Positions 1 to 9,889 of a DNA stretch of 64,000 nt are shown in pieces. The notes under the pieces were generated by a model that was not told the origin of the DNA, searched no databases, and was given only the letters and a program-made list of their open reading frames with translations. Made by a program: the position numbers and the translations under genes. The stretch spans positions 47,982 through 111,981 of the forward strand of contig JBBRSB010000013.1 of assembly GCA_038245785.1 (NCBI GenBank), given 5' to 3'. The stretch's first letter is position 1. Every line of letters starts with the position of its first letter. The stretch comes from Gloeobacterales cyanobacterium (lineage in GTDB: Bacteria > Cyanobacteriota > Cyanobacteriia > Gloeobacterales > PMM-0068).

Positions 1-1239
1 CCTGATTATTTGGCAACGGTCGATGTTGACCCAGGGTCGCCCATGTACACCCAGGTGATCCATCGCCTCCCTATGCCCTATGTCGGGGATGAATTGCATC
101 ACTTTGGCTGGAATGCCTGTAGTTCCTGTCACGGAGATGCCAGCAAGTCGCGCAAGTTTTTAATCCTTCCAGGCATACGTTCCAGCCGTATTTATATAGT
201 GGATACTTCGGAAGCGAAAGCGCCCAAGATGCATAAGGTAATTGAGCCAGAGGAAATCAAGGAAAAAGCTAATCTCACCGCTCCTCATACCGTGCACTGT
301 TTGGCCAATGGTCAGGTGATGATCTCGATGCTAGGAGATAGCGAGGGCAATGGTCCTGGAGGCTTTCTCCTCCTGGATGAAAACTTTGATATTGCGGGGC
401 GCTGGGAACAGCAAGCGGATGCGATGAAGTTCAACTATGACTTCTGGTATCAGCCACGTCACAACATCATGGTAAGCAGTGAATGGGCTGCTCCGAAAAC
501 GTTTTATCCTGGTTTCGATCTCAAGGATGTCTCAGCAGGCAATTATGGACAGCAGCTCCATTTCTGGGACTGGCAGAAGCATGACATCATTCACAGTGTT
601 AACCTGGGTGAAGAAGGCTTGATTCCGCTGGAAGTGCGCTTTCACCACAATCCCGACAGTACCCACGGCTATGTGGGGGCGGCACTCAGCAGTAATATCT
701 GGCACTGGCACAAGAGCAATGGAAATTGGGATGTAAGCAAGGCGGTCGACGTGCCTTCCGTGGACCTGGAAGGCTGGCCTTTCCCCGTTCCTTCTTTGAT
801 TACTGATTTGCTCCTGTCTCTGGATGACCGCTATTTATATTTCTCTAACTGGTTGCATGGGGACATCCGTCAATACGACCTTAGCGATCCGGCACATCCG
901 AAGCTTACGGGGCAGGTTTGGTGTGGAGGACTTTTGGGAAAAAGTGGGGAAGTCAATGGTCAGAAGTTGGCTGGTGGTCCTCAAATGCTGCAATTGAGTT
1001 TGGATGGCAAACGACTCTATGTCACCAGTTCTCTCTTCAGTACCTGGGACAATCAGTTCTATCCAGACCTGGCGAAAACAGGTTCCTATATCCTGCAAAT
1101 TGACTGCGACACGGAAAATGGTGGACTTTCTATTAATGAGAACTTCTATGTTGACTTTGGCAAGGAACCTAAGGGTCCTGCCCGTGCTCATGAGATGCGC
1201 TATCCAGGAGGAGATGTCACCTCTGATATTTGGTTTTAG
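1..1239 (+). CDS. Selenium-binding protein SBP56 / methanethiol oxidase family (5'-truncated by window edge)
   Basis: The frame is open from base 1 ([11 protein letters not shown]). Motifs [46 protein letters not shown] and the [17 protein letters not shown]-terminus are typical of SBP56. Confidence 0.93.
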   Translation, partial: PDYLATVDVDPGSPMYTQVIHRLPMPYVGDELHHFGWNACSSCHGDASKSRKFLILPGIRSSRIYIVDTSEAKAPKMHKVIEPEEIKEKANLTAPHTVHCLANGQVMISMLGDSEGNGPGGFLLLDENFDIAGRWEQQADAMKFNYDFWYQPRHNIMVSSEWAAPKTFYPGFDLKDVSAGNYGQQLHFWDWQKHDIIHSVNLGEEGLIPLEVRFHHNPDSTHGYVGAALSSNIWHWHKSNGNWDVSKAVDVPSVDLEGWPFPVPSLITDLLLSLDDRYLYFSNWLHGDIRQYDLSDPAHPKLTGQVWCGGLLGKSGEVNGQKLAGGPQMLQLSLDGKRLYVTSSLFSTWDNQFYPDLAKTGSYILQIDCDTENGGLSINENFYVDFGKEPKGPARAHEMRYPGGDVTSDIWF

Positions 1240-1248
1240 CAATAACCC

Positions 1249-1445
1249 ATGAAAACGTACCGGATTGAGTTACTTAATCGTAAACGATTACCGTAGAAGT
1301 AGCGGAAGACCAATATATTTTGCAAGCAGTGGAACAGGCTGGATTGCGCTTGCCTGTGGGCTGTTGCTATGGGGCGTGTATCACCTGTGCTGCCAAACTG
1401 ATTCAAGGGGAAGTAGAACAATCTCAGAATATTTGCCTCAAACCA
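1249..1445 (+). pseudogene. 2Fe-2S ferredoxin, N-terminal half (frameshifted near 1282 and interrupted)
   Basis: ATG at 1249 gives MKTYRIELLNR; after a frameshift it reads TITVEVAEDQYILQAVEQAGLRLPVGCCYGACITCAAKLIQGEVEQSQ..LKP, containing the plant-type C-x4-C-x2-C motif. Confidence 0.85.
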
Positions 1446-1447
1446 GG

Positions 1448-1654
1448 GCGTTGCACAATGGAGGCATGATTATTGAGATACATGGTCAGGCAGTTACTCT
1501 TGATTTCTTCAGGATACCCTTGAGGGTGATGGGAAACAGTAAATTGCTTGCGGCAGAGGTCACAAATATAGTATTGCATGCCTCGCCGAAAGCCATTTTT
1601 TGCGAAATTTTCGGATTGACGGGTAGGGCGTCTCATACCTCTATTATGCAACGC
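1448..1654 (-). mobile_element. Internally deleted IS1-family element (mini-IS) with 22-bp imperfect terminal inverted repeats
   Basis: TIRs are GCGTTGCACAATGGAGGCATGA (1448-1469) and the reverse complement of 1633-1654, GCGTTGCATAATAGAGGTATGA (19/22 identical). The inside encodes a decayed InsA-like zinc ribbon (KNGFRRGMQYYICDLCRKQF...YPEEIKSNCLTMYLN). Confidence 0.8.
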
Positions 1655-1676
1655 ATGGAATCTGACTGCCTTTGAC

Positions 1677-1707
1677 AAAAACGGGCCCGCCAACCGGCAG
1701 GCCCGCT
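1677..1707 (-). terminator. Rho-independent terminator of katG
   Basis: On the minus strand: GCGGGCCTGCC-GGTT-GGCGGGCCCGT followed by a T run, about 25 bp downstream of the katG stop. Confidence 0.8.
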
Positions 1708-1731
1708 TATATACCGCAAACTATGAAGCGG

Positions 1732-3969
1732 TTAGTTGGGCTTCACATCATAGCGGTCGAGCATCATTACCTTATGCCACGCTTTGACGAAGTCCTTGAC
1801 GAAGCGCTCATGGCCGCCACTTTCAGCATAGAACTCTGCCAAGTTGCGTAGTTGCGCATTGGAACCGATTACTAGGTCGCATCGTGTTGCGGTAAACTTG
1901 GTCTCGCCAGTCGCGCGGACGTTGACCGTGAAGCTTGCGCCATTCTCGTCCGTTTTATTCCACTCGTAATCCATGCTGCACAGATTGACGAAGAAGTCGT
2001 TTGTTAGGACGCCAGGACGGTCGGTGAAAACACCGTGTTTTGACCCGTCATAGTTGGTGTCGAGCACCCGCAGGCCGCCAACCAGCACCGTCCATTCGGG
2101 TGCCGTCAGTGTCATCAGCGCCGCACGGTCGAGAAAGAAGTTTTCTGGCGATACCCGGTCGAACTCGGCCTCGTGGTAGTTGCGAAAGCCGTCAGAAACC
2201 GGGCGGAGCCATTCGAACTGCTCGATGTCGGTCAATTCCTGCGTTGTATCCATGCGACCGGGAATAAAGGGCACAATCACATCCACGCCAGCATTCTTCG
2301 CTGCCCGCTCAACAGCTGCGCAGCCGCCCAGCACAATTAGGTCGGCAACGGAAACCTTCGTCCCGCCGCTAGCTGACGCGTTGAAGTCGGTCATGATCGC
2401 CTCAAGTGCGGCGACCACCTTCTGCACCCGTGGCGGATTATTGACCTCCCAATCTTTCTGCGGGGCCAAGCGAATACGCCCGCCATTGGCACCGCCGCGT
2501 TTATCAGTGTTACGGTAGGTCGCCGCTGAACTCCACGCGACGCTGGCCAATTCAGAGACCGACAAGCCTGAACTCAGGATTTTTTCTTTTAGGTTAGCAA
2601 TGTCCGATTGGCCGATCACTGAATGATCAAGTGGCGGGATTGGATCCTGCCAGGAGAAATCCTCTGGTGCGACGTCGGGTCCGAGATAGCGACTCTTAGG
2701 GCCCATATCACGGTGAGTCAGCTTATACCAAGCCTTTGAAAAAGCATCGGTAAAGGCATCGAAGTCATTGAGGAACTTCTCGCAGGCCTTGCGATATTCG
2801 GGATCGATCTTGAGCGCGATGTCCGATGTCATCATCATCAGCGGATGGTCAACGCCCGGAAGATGCGCGTCGGGCGTCTTGGGCGCGTTCGGATCGGTCG
2901 GCGTCCACTGGATCGCACCAATCGGGCTGCGCGTCTGTTCCCATTCAAATTTGAACAGGTTCTCCAGATAGCTGTTGTCCCACTGAACCGGATTTGGTGT
3001 CCAACTTCCCTCGATCCCATTAGTCATAGTATATTCGGCATATCCGGTGCCTTCGGGGTTCATCCAGCCGAGCCCCATCGCCTCTATCGGAGCCGCTTCA
3101 GGCGGAGGTCCGATCTTGTCCTTATCGACCATGCCGTGGCTCTTGCCGAAAGCATGTCCGCCAGCGATCAGCGCTACGGTTTCCTCGTCGTTCATCGCCA
3201 TTCGCGAAAAGGTGATGCGAATATCGCGCGCCGAGCCAATCGGATCGCCATTCGCGTAGGGCCCTTCCGGATTGACGTAAATCAACGCCTGATGGGACGC
3301 TGCAAGCGGGTTTTCCAGATCATAGTCAGCGTCCCCATTCTGGCCGCGCCAACGCTTGTCGCGCGTAACCATCTGGCCATTGTCCCAGCATTCCGGGCCC
3401 CAATAGGTCGCATCGTCAGCCTCCCACGCATCGCGGCGACCGCCGCCAAAGCCTGCCGGCGTCAACCCCATGATTTCCAGCGCACAATTGCCCGTCAGCA
3501 CCATGAGGTCACCCCAGCTCAGCGCGGCGCCATATTTCTGCTTGATCGGCCAGAGCAGTCGCCGCGACTTGTCGGTATTGCCGTTGTCCTCCCAGCTGTT
3601 GATCGGCGCAAAACGCTGCATCGCTTCACCGGCGCCACCGCGACCATCCGCAATGCGGTAGGTGCCGGCAGCATGCCACGCCATGCGCACCATTTGCGGG
3701 CCGTAGTGGCCGTAGTCAGACGGCCACCAGGATACGGAGGAAGATAGGAACGTCTTGATATCCTGCTTTACCTGGTCGAAGTCGAGCTTGTTGAATTCGG
3801 CTGCATAATCGAAATCCTCGGGTAGCGGATTGGCCTGGGGCCCGTCGCGGTGAAGGATTTCGACGCGCAACCTATTTGGCCACCAATCTTCGAGCGTCGG
3901 CTTGAATCCCTGCGCTCCGCCAATGCGATCGCCGGTAAAAGGGCATTTCCCAGTGGTAATGTCATTCAT
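1732..3969 (-). CDS. katG: Catalase-peroxidase KatG (GC-rich, probably horizontally acquired)
   Basis: Motifs [43 protein letters not shown] and KLTHRDMGP, with a duplicated C-terminal domain. An AGGAG RBS precedes ATG 3969 (alternative start 3975). Confidence 0.97.
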   Translation of the reverse strand: MNDITTGKCPFTGDRIGGAQGFKPTLEDWWPNRLRVEILHRDGPQANPLPEDFDYAAEFNKLDFDQVKQDIKTFLSSSVSWWPSDYGHYGPQMVRMAWHAAGTYRIADGRGGAGEAMQRFAPINSWEDNGNTDKSRRLLWPIKQKYGAALSWGDLMVLTGNCALEIMGLTPAGFGGGRRDAWEADDATYWGPECWDNGQMVTRDKRWRGQNGDADYDLENPLAASHQALIYVNPEGPYANGDPIGSARDIRITFSRMAMNDEETVALIAGGHAFGKSHGMVDKDKIGPPPEAAPIEAMGLGWMNPEGTGYAEYTMTNGIEGSWTPNPVQWDNSYLENLFKFEWEQTRSPIGAIQWTPTDPNAPKTPDAHLPGVDHPLMMMTSDIALKIDPEYRKACEKFLNDFDAFTDAFSKAWYKLTHRDMGPKSRYLGPDVAPEDFSWQDPIPPLDHSVIGQSDIANLKEKILSSGLSVSELASVAWSSAATYRNTDKRGGANGGRIRLAPQKDWEVNNPPRVQKVVAALEAIMTDFNASASGGTKVSVADLIVLGGCAAVERAAKNAGVDVIVPFIPGRMDTTQELTDIEQFEWLRPVSDGFRNYHEAEFDRVSPENFFLDRAALMTLTAPEWTVLVGGLRVLDTNYDGSKHGVFTDRPGVLTNDFFVNLCSMDYEWNKTDENGASFTVNVRATGETKFTATRCDLVIGSNAQLRNLAEFYAESGGHERFVKDFVKAWHKVMMLDRYDVKPN

Positions 3970-4082
3970 GATCATTGTCTCCTATTCAATCTCTGCGGGT
4001 CAGATTCCTCGCCTCTTGCAGCGCATAGAATCACTTCATCAGAAATGCACTAATGATCCAGCTTAGCTAAACCGCAGGGTTG

Positions 4083-4199
4083 TGTTGCAAAAAGTATAGT
4101 GAGCACCACACTTCCTTACAGGAAGTAGTGAATTAGACGGCAACTCCAAAGAGTTCCTTAGTGAAGCAGAGATGTCCCATGACATCCCCTTTTGCAACA
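4083..4199. mobile_element. Putative 117-bp MITE / IS-end relic with 10-bp perfect inverted ends
   Basis: TGTTGCAAAA (4083-4092) and TTTTGCAACA (4190-4199) lie at the right edge of the insert that splits the ferredoxin. Confidence 0.5.
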
Positions 4200-4204
4200 T
4201 TTTT

Positions 4205-4309
4205 GCTCTGGGCTATGTCCTGCTCTGCATTACCTATCCTCGTTCCGATTGCCTCTTTGAAGTGGGGGTGGAGTCCCAGGCCGATTTATACATCAATCCC
4301 TTCAAATAG
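4205..4309 (+). pseudogene. 2Fe-2S ferredoxin, C-terminal half
   Basis: Reads [34 protein letters not shown]. It contains the fourth Cys ligand motif (GYVLLC..YP.SDC) and continues the fragment at 1249-1445. Confidence 0.87.
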
Positions 4310-4776
4310 AGTACTGAAGCGGGAAAGATTTGACATCTTTCGTTCTAACGAAGACTTCCTGATAGGGTTTCAAATCCAGCTCATCAAACTGGTCACGGGT
4401 GAGATTCGCGGTGACAACCTGTCCATCATCTAGCGCCAACTGCCTGAATTTCCCAGCCCAAGTGCGTGAGACGATTTATCCTAGCCTGTGTAGTTGTGTT
4501 CTGTTGCTCTATTTCGATAACAATATCGTGGGGACGCAGAAGCACCTAAGTATGGTACAGCTCGTATTCACTGTCTTGAAAGATGCTTGAACTACTAGGC
4601 AAAACATTGACAGGGCCAATAAAACTCATCACAAAAGGCGTTTTGGGCTGGTCATAAATTTCTCGGGCTGAACCTACCTGCTCAATCTTGCCCTTGTTCA
4701 TTACAACGATTTCATTGGCTACTTCCAAAGCTTCTTCCTGGTCATGGGTGACAAATACTGAGGTCACATGAACTTC
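4302..4776 (-). pseudogene. cysA: Sulfate ABC transporter ATP-binding subunit CysA, 3' remnant with internal stop and frameshift
   Basis: Reads [47 protein letters not shown], a stop, then [18 protein letters not shown] and, after a frameshift, [25 protein letters not shown]. The Walker A half is missing. Confidence 0.85.
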
Positions 4777-4877
4777 AATAGAGGTCTAATGACTAAACAT
4801 ATTAGGCCTGAGCTAGAAAGTAGCCAAGTAAAAAAAATCGAGGGATAGTATATGGGCGACTTCTATTCGGTGAGCAT

Positions 4878-5378
4878 ATGACCTTAGACGATGAAGCAAG
4901 CACCACTCCGCTGATTACGCCCCATCAGATGAAGCTACTCAGGGCTGTGACTGCGATGGCCTGGGCCGATGGTCAGCTAGAGCCGGGGGAGGCAGAACTG
5001 CTCGTAGAATCATTAGCCGCTCTGTTTGGCCATTTACCCCAAGAATCTTTGAAAGTACAGCTCCGTCAGTTTATTCAACAGAATATTCCCTTAGAAGAAA
5101 CCGTTCCGAAGATTGAAACCCTAGAAGACAAAAAGCTCTTAGTCCAGCTTTCCTATTTAGTAGCTCGTTCCAGCCGCCGTACAGAAGATGAACCCTGGAT
5201 TAACCAAGAAGAGTCTGAAGCGTATCAGAAGGTCCTCCATATAGTTCATCTCCCGCATCAAGTTGTTAATCAGCTAGAAGTAGAAGCAGAGCATGTTGCA
5301 GACACCCTGGAACACAATCATGGGGAAGGAATGAAAAAATTAGTACGGGGTATCCTCGCTTTCTTTGAAGAAGATTAA
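4878..5378 (+). CDS. TerB-family (tellurite resistance-like) protein
   Basis: Motif LLRAVTAMAWADGQLEPGE; cyanobacterial TerB-like family. Confidence 0.75.
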   Translation: MTLDDEASTTPLITPHQMKLLRAVTAMAWADGQLEPGEAELLVESLAALFGHLPQESLKVQLRQFIQQNIPLEETVPKIETLEDKKLLVQLSYLVARSSRRTEDEPWINQEESEAYQKVLHIVHLPHQVVNQLEVEAEHVADTLEHNHGEGMKKLVRGILAFFEED

Positions 5379-5821
5379 GTTGAAAAATGAGCTGTTTTTT
5401 GACGCAACTCTAATGCGCAAGATGTCACTTTTAGAGACATTCTTCCAACACACTCGATCCTATCTGTCAAAGCCAGTGACCAGTGAACATAGTACGTATA
5501 CTCCGAACGGTACTCAGAAGTCTGCCTAGCCTCTTCCTCTGCACATTTGGCCGAATCCCTTTTCTACCTATGCGTGAGACGTTTGAGACCCATGCGCCTT
5601 AAATAAGAATCAATAGGCATAAGTCTGGATAATTTTAGAATAATCCATATAGGTTATGACCTTTTATAACTTTTGGGGGTTCTTTGAACCCCAATCGGGA
5701 TATTTGCGTCCAAACATCTGACTTTTTATCACGGGCAAGAAGCGCTTAAGTCGGTATATTCCAGTCAAGACGAGTTGATTTCTGGATTCAAAGAACTTCT
5801 CCGAAGGCAAGGTATGTATTT

Positions 5822-6463
5822 ATGACTACAAATATAGGCAGCGTCAAGCTGATGTTAGAAGAATTTTACAAAGGACGTGCACTCTGGTCTTATGCCTCTG
5901 GCAAGAGAATTCCTCTCTTTGAAGATGAAGTGTGCATTATTTATCGCGGTATTGTCCGCACACAAACCCTTCAACCTGGAGGAGAAGAATCTATTTTGGG
6001 ATTTATGGGACCAATGATGCCTGTGGCGCGGAAATTTACGCTGCTCAATCCCTACGAAGTCCATGCCTTGACGCACGTTGACCTTCTACGCCTTCACTGG
6101 GATGAAATCGAGCGGTCTGATGATTTGGTGCGAGAGTTGAATCGTTCTTTGATACAGCGTCTTCGCCATACTGAAGTGATGCTTGCTCTATTGAGTAAAA
6201 GACAAACTAGTGAGCGATTGATTGGATTTCTTTCTTTCTTAGCCCAGGAGTATGGCAAAAACACCCCTCAAGGCATACGTATTGAAGTTCAGATGACCCA
6301 TCAGCAGATAGCCGATGCTATCTGTACGACACGAGTTACTGTTACGCGCTTGTTAGGCGTTCTCAGAAAAGCCTCGCTCATTAAAGTGGGCCAAGATCGG
6401 GGTATCTACGTCATGGACGAATTATCGAGTAATCATGACCTTGACTTCTCTCGGATATCCTGA
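5822..6463 (+). CDS. Crp/Fnr-family transcriptional regulator (CysR-like)
   Basis: cNMP-like domain plus HTH MTHQQIADAICTTRVTVTRLL; located near the cysA remnant. Confidence 0.85.
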   Translation: MTTNIGSVKLMLEEFYKGRALWSYASGKRIPLFEDEVCIIYRGIVRTQTLQPGGEESILGFMGPMMPVARKFTLLNPYEVHALTHVDLLRLHWDEIERSDDLVRELNRSLIQRLRHTEVMLALLSKRQTSERLIGFLSFLAQEYGKNTPQGIRIEVQMTHQQIADAICTTRVTVTRLLGVLRKASLIKVGQDRGIYVMDELSSNHDLDFSRIS

Positions 6464-6477
6464 TTAGTATTCAGAGA

Positions 6478-8349
6478 TTATTTGAATTTTTTCCAATCTG
6501 TATTGAAAATTGAGGTTCCAGGAAAGGAGATTGGGTTGCCACTGTCTTGAATCTGTTTTTGGAGTGCCTCTAAAGCCTTACTATCTCCAACATCTTTTAC
6601 TAAGGTGTAGGGGAAAATGTCTTGCTTGAGGGCAAAATCAGCGGTATGTCCACCCGCTACACCAATAGACCACTCGGCGGGATGAACCCGATAGGCCCCA
6701 TTAGTAATGTGGGTAGTTGCAATATTTTTGGATACCGCTAATAAATTATCAATTTTTTGAGGAATCAGGGCTCTCAGAGGTACTTGGAAAGGATAAGTAA
6801 CTGAGGGCGCTTGCTCCGCTTCATAGGGGGACAAGCTGGTATCTGGCTTGATGCACTCATGGAAGTCAATAGGGTAGTGACCGACCCCCACACTGTCATA
6901 GAAAATATAGGCTCTTTGCCGATTTTCATCGTTAGCGCGCTGAGTGATGTCCGTTTCGTAGATTCTGAATCCGTAGGGATGACTGATCGAGGGTCTACCC
7001 AGAATCCTGCGTCCCTCCCGAATGTAGGGATGGCGAGAAAGACCATGAAGCGTGCCCATCGGACTGTCCGCCCCTTTGAGAAAGCGGTAATTTAGATAGA
7101 GGTCTTTTTGATATTGAGGATTGAGTTTCTGGAGCTCTGGGTCTGAGCGACCTGTTTGAAGCCAGTAGAAATAGCCCAGGGCATGGTCTTCTCCTTTTTT
7201 GAGGGCCATAGGACGCAATCCTCCTCGCCAATCTTGAAGCTGCCCAGATTTTTCCAATTGTTCTTGAGTCAGGGCTAAGTTGTCATCGGCAGTACCTAGC
7301 TTCCAATCATTCCCTCGGTCCCAGTTCTGCAGAGTTTGATCTCCGATACTAATAGCGTCAAGCTTGGTCCCTGGCAGCTTTCCCTTAATCCTGCGATAGG
7401 TAAAGATCTGGGCAAAATCAAAGATGGGTTTTTCATAGCTGTAGTAGCCTGCACTTAAATTGGAGTCGTAGCCTTCAGGTTTGATCGGGTTCGTCTCAGG
7501 TGTATCCGCAGCTTCCATGATGAAGGTGTAGGTGAAGCCTTGCGTGCAATAGGGATCGGTGCCTGCAGAACTGGCTCCTGGTTCCCAACGGTTCCCCAAA
7601 TCGGTACCCAGGGCGTAGGGTACTCCGGCTAAAGGCAAAAGCTCTCCCGTTTCGGTGGCATCCAAAACCATCCAAGGCAATTTATTATTCTGACGCTCTA
7701 CCGAGGGTGTAAAACGAAGGACCTGTTTGTCAAATTTGGCCGAGGATTGAGGACTGTACCAGTCTTCTAAATAGTTAGAGAGGGGTTGGTCGTTGAGTGG
7801 ACCTTTTGCAACATGGGTAATTGCTTCCAGGCTGCGGATCTGTGTCCCTTCCACCTGTAAGCGCTTGATCACCGTATTTGGAAATAATTGCAGCGGTGGG
7901 GGACTGCCCGGAACTTTTGCTTGGAGATAAGGTTCCAACATCGCCCTTAAAATTTGATGTCCATCTTTAGGGGCAAAGCAACTATTGGAAACCCAGCATT
8001 TTCCGGGGTTCAACGTTCCGTAAAAATCAGTAATGCGTTGGCGAAACTCTAGGTAGGTTTTTGGAAACAGGCTGATATCTCGCTGAGAAGGCCGTTCGTC
8101 TAAGGCCGAAACGCCCTGCTGGGTGATCTGCCCACCAACCCAATCGGTCATTTCCGTCATGCAGACCCGTTGGCCTTGTTTCAAGCTTTCTAAGGCTGCG
8201 GCAAAGCCACCCAGACCTCCGCCAGCAATCATCACATTGCAGGAAACAGTTTGAGCTTGAGGTTGAGCGTGAACGGGGGTGTTAAAAGTATCGAAAGCAG
8301 CGAAAAATGCCCAACTGCTTAAACCAAGAGCTAGGAAACGTATATTCAT
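6478..8349 (-). CDS. FAD-dependent oxidoreductase (FAD_oxidored family), probably exported
   Basis: GGGLGG Rossmann motif, TDWVGGQITQQGVSALDE, DATETGELLPL, PYIREGRR and GAYRVHPAEW; N-terminal signal peptide ending in VHA. Confidence 0.85.
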   Translation of the reverse strand: MNIRFLALGLSSWAFFAAFDTFNTPVHAQPQAQTVSCNVMIAGGGLGGFAAALESLKQGQRVCMTEMTDWVGGQITQQGVSALDERPSQRDISLFPKTYLEFRQRITDFYGTLNPGKCWVSNSCFAPKDGHQILRAMLEPYLQAKVPGSPPPLQLFPNTVIKRLQVEGTQIRSLEAITHVAKGPLNDQPLSNYLEDWYSPQSSAKFDKQVLRFTPSVERQNNKLPWMVLDATETGELLPLAGVPYALGTDLGNRWEPGASSAGTDPYCTQGFTYTFIMEAADTPETNPIKPEGYDSNLSAGYYSYEKPIFDFAQIFTYRRIKGKLPGTKLDAISIGDQTLQNWDRGNDWKLGTADDNLALTQEQLEKSGQLQDWRGGLRPMALKKGEDHALGYFYWLQTGRSDPELQKLNPQYQKDLYLNYRFLKGADSPMGTLHGLSRHPYIREGRRILGRPSISHPYGFRIYETDITQRANDENRQRAYIFYDSVGVGHYPIDFHECIKPDTSLSPYEAEQAPSVTYPFQVPLRALIPQKIDNLLAVSKNIATTHITNGAYRVHPAEWSIGVAGGHTADFALKQDIFPYTLVKDVGDSKALEALQKQIQDSGNPISFPGTSIFNTDWKKFK

Positions 8350-8421
8350 GAGTTGATTGTAAAGGCAGAGGGGGTCGTTCTGGACTTAGGTCATTTCAAC
8401 CTTTTGAGAAGAATTCAGGGT

Positions 8422-8793
8422 TTACTTGGGGCTGGCTACGGGTTCTAAAGAGGCAGAGATAGCTTCCAGTCCCCGTTCTCCAGTACGAATGCGGATGACT
8501 TCGCTAATCGGAGAAACAAAGACTTTGCCATCTCCGATCGAGCCTGTGCGAGCTGTCCGTGCAATCAAAGCAACGACCTGCTCTGTCATATCTTCAGGCA
8601 CCACCGTTTCAATTCTCAGTTTTGACAAGAACTCTGCAGCATACTTGGCACCCCGAAAGGAGAGATAGTGCCCCTTCTGACGCCCAAACCCTTCAACCAC
8701 CGTCACGGTCATTCCCTCTACACCCGCCTCCACCAAAGCATCTTTAACTGCAGTTAACTGACTTGGTTGAATAATGGCTTCGATCTTATTCAT
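8422..8793 (-). CDS. glnB: PII signal transduction protein, divergent paralog
   Basis: KIEAII, GFGRQKG, TG.IGDGKVFVSP and IRIRTGE are present; the T-loop is non-canonical. Confidence 0.9.
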   Translation of the reverse strand: MNKIEAIIQPSQLTAVKDALVEAGVEGMTVTVVEGFGRQKGHYLSFRGAKYAAEFLSKLRIETVVPEDMTEQVVALIARTARTGSIGDGKVFVSPISEVIRIRTGERGLEAISASLEPVASPK

Positions 8794-8800
8794 AGTTTTC

Positions 8801-8814
8801 GTATTTTATGCTAC
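8801..8814. promoter_or_regulatory. NtcA box 2 (just upstream of the glnB start codon)
   Basis: GTA-TTTTATGC-TAC, an exact GTA-N8-TAC. Confidence 0.6.
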
Positions 8815-8822
8815 AGAATTAT

Positions 8823-8865
8823 ATTCTAGTTTGCCCATTGACGTAGGGTAGGTAAAGGAAGTTAC
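8823..8865 (-). promoter_or_regulatory. NtcA-activated (class II) promoter of the glnB paralog
   Basis: Minus strand reads GTAACTTCCTTTAC (8865-8852), 23 nt, then TAGAAT (8828-8823). Confidence 0.75.
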
Positions 8866-8921
8866 AAAACAAAATTAATTTTGTTTATTCTGAAATGACA
8901 GTGTCACGTCACGGTCAAGTG

Positions 8922-9311
8922 ATGAAAATTTTTGCGTTGAGACTCAATCCAAACCAAGACTTAAAATTTGAGCTGAAGAAATTCACTGCAGAAAATGACC
9001 TGCGTGCTGGGTTTATCTTGACCACGGTGGGTTCTTTAAAGAAAGCTGAAGTGAGACTGGCTAACGAAAAAGAGAGCACAAGTTTTGAAGAAAATTTTGA
9101 GATTATCTCTTTAGTTGGCACCCTCTGCCGCGAGGGCTTACATCTCCATATAGGTTTGGCAAATGCGAAAGGAACTGTGATTGGAGGGCACGTTGAAGAG
9201 GGCTGTATCGTTTACACCACCGCTGAAATTGTGATCGGAGAAAGCACAAATCATACGTTTTGTAGAGTGCTTGATCCTGAAACAGGTTTCTATGAGTTAG
9301 AGATCAGATGA
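8922..9311 (+). CDS. PPC/DUF296 domain putative DNA-binding protein
   Basis: Motifs ALRLNPNQDL, FEIISLVGTL, HLHI..A and GGHV; alternative start at 8895. Confidence 0.88.
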   Translation: MKIFALRLNPNQDLKFELKKFTAENDLRAGFILTTVGSLKKAEVRLANEKESTSFEENFEIISLVGTLCREGLHLHIGLANAKGTVIGGHVEEGCIVYTTAEIVIGESTNHTFCRVLDPETGFYELEIR

Positions 9312-9742
9312 ATATACGCGTGAAGCCCATGGAATCTCCAGAAGAGTGGTTAGGGGCGTGTGAAGTTAGGCGCTTAGTTTTTCAAGAAGAACAAGGTATC
9401 TCTGCTGATTTAGAATTTGATGGACAAGATGATGCTGCACAACACTTTATTGCCTTGATTGGGCAGCAAATAGTTGGAACAGCAAGAGTGCGCTACTTTC
9501 CTGAACAAAATGCTGCAAAAATTGAACGGATGGCAGTCTTATCAAACTTTAGGAAACAGGGAATTGGCTTTGAATTGATGCAACATATTTTGAACTATTT
9601 ACAGCTCACAGGAGTTCAAACGACTAAAATCCATGCACAAGAAAGAGTGAAGCCCTTCTACGAAAGGTTAGGGTTCCAACAGCAGGGACTTCCTTTTGAT
9701 GAAGCAGGAATTAGTCATGTTTCTATGATTCGAAAGTTATGA
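9308..9742 (+). CDS. GNAT acetyltransferase (ElaA/YjcF-like)
   Basis: VRRLVFQEEQG, KIERMAV, RKQGIG, HAQ, FYERLGF and EAGISH. Confidence 0.9.
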   Translation: MNIRVKPMESPEEWLGACEVRRLVFQEEQGISADLEFDGQDDAAQHFIALIGQQIVGTARVRYFPEQNAAKIERMAVLSNFRKQGIGFELMQHILNYLQLTGVQTTKIHAQERVKPFYERLGFQQQGLPFDEAGISHVSMIRKL

Positions 9743-9783
9743 ATCTGAGAATTAGATAGTAGATACTCCAATGATTTTCTTGC

Positions 9784-9859
9784 AGATCCCCCAAGCAAAA
9801 GAGAACTTTGAGCTGTAAATGGCATTGTCCCCCTTAGTAAGGGGGGAGCGGGGGGATCT
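9784..9859. repeat. Dispersed palindromic repeat / MITE-like element, copy 1
   Basis: AGATCCCCC...GGGGGATCT termini with an inner CCCCCTTAGTAAGGGGG hairpin; homologous to 33699-33773. Confidence 0.8.
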
Positions 9860-9889
9860 ATCATGGTTATGGATTCTCTATAAGTTTTT

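Noticed and set aside
1265..1675. 136-aa ORF and the 4161-4433 ORF from the track
   Set aside because: Both are off-frame readings across the ferredoxin fragments and IS/cysA remnants.
2040..3747. Long plus-strand ORFs antisense to katG (e.g. 2845-3747)
   Set aside because: These are shadow ORFs caused by GC-rich codon usage and have no motifs.
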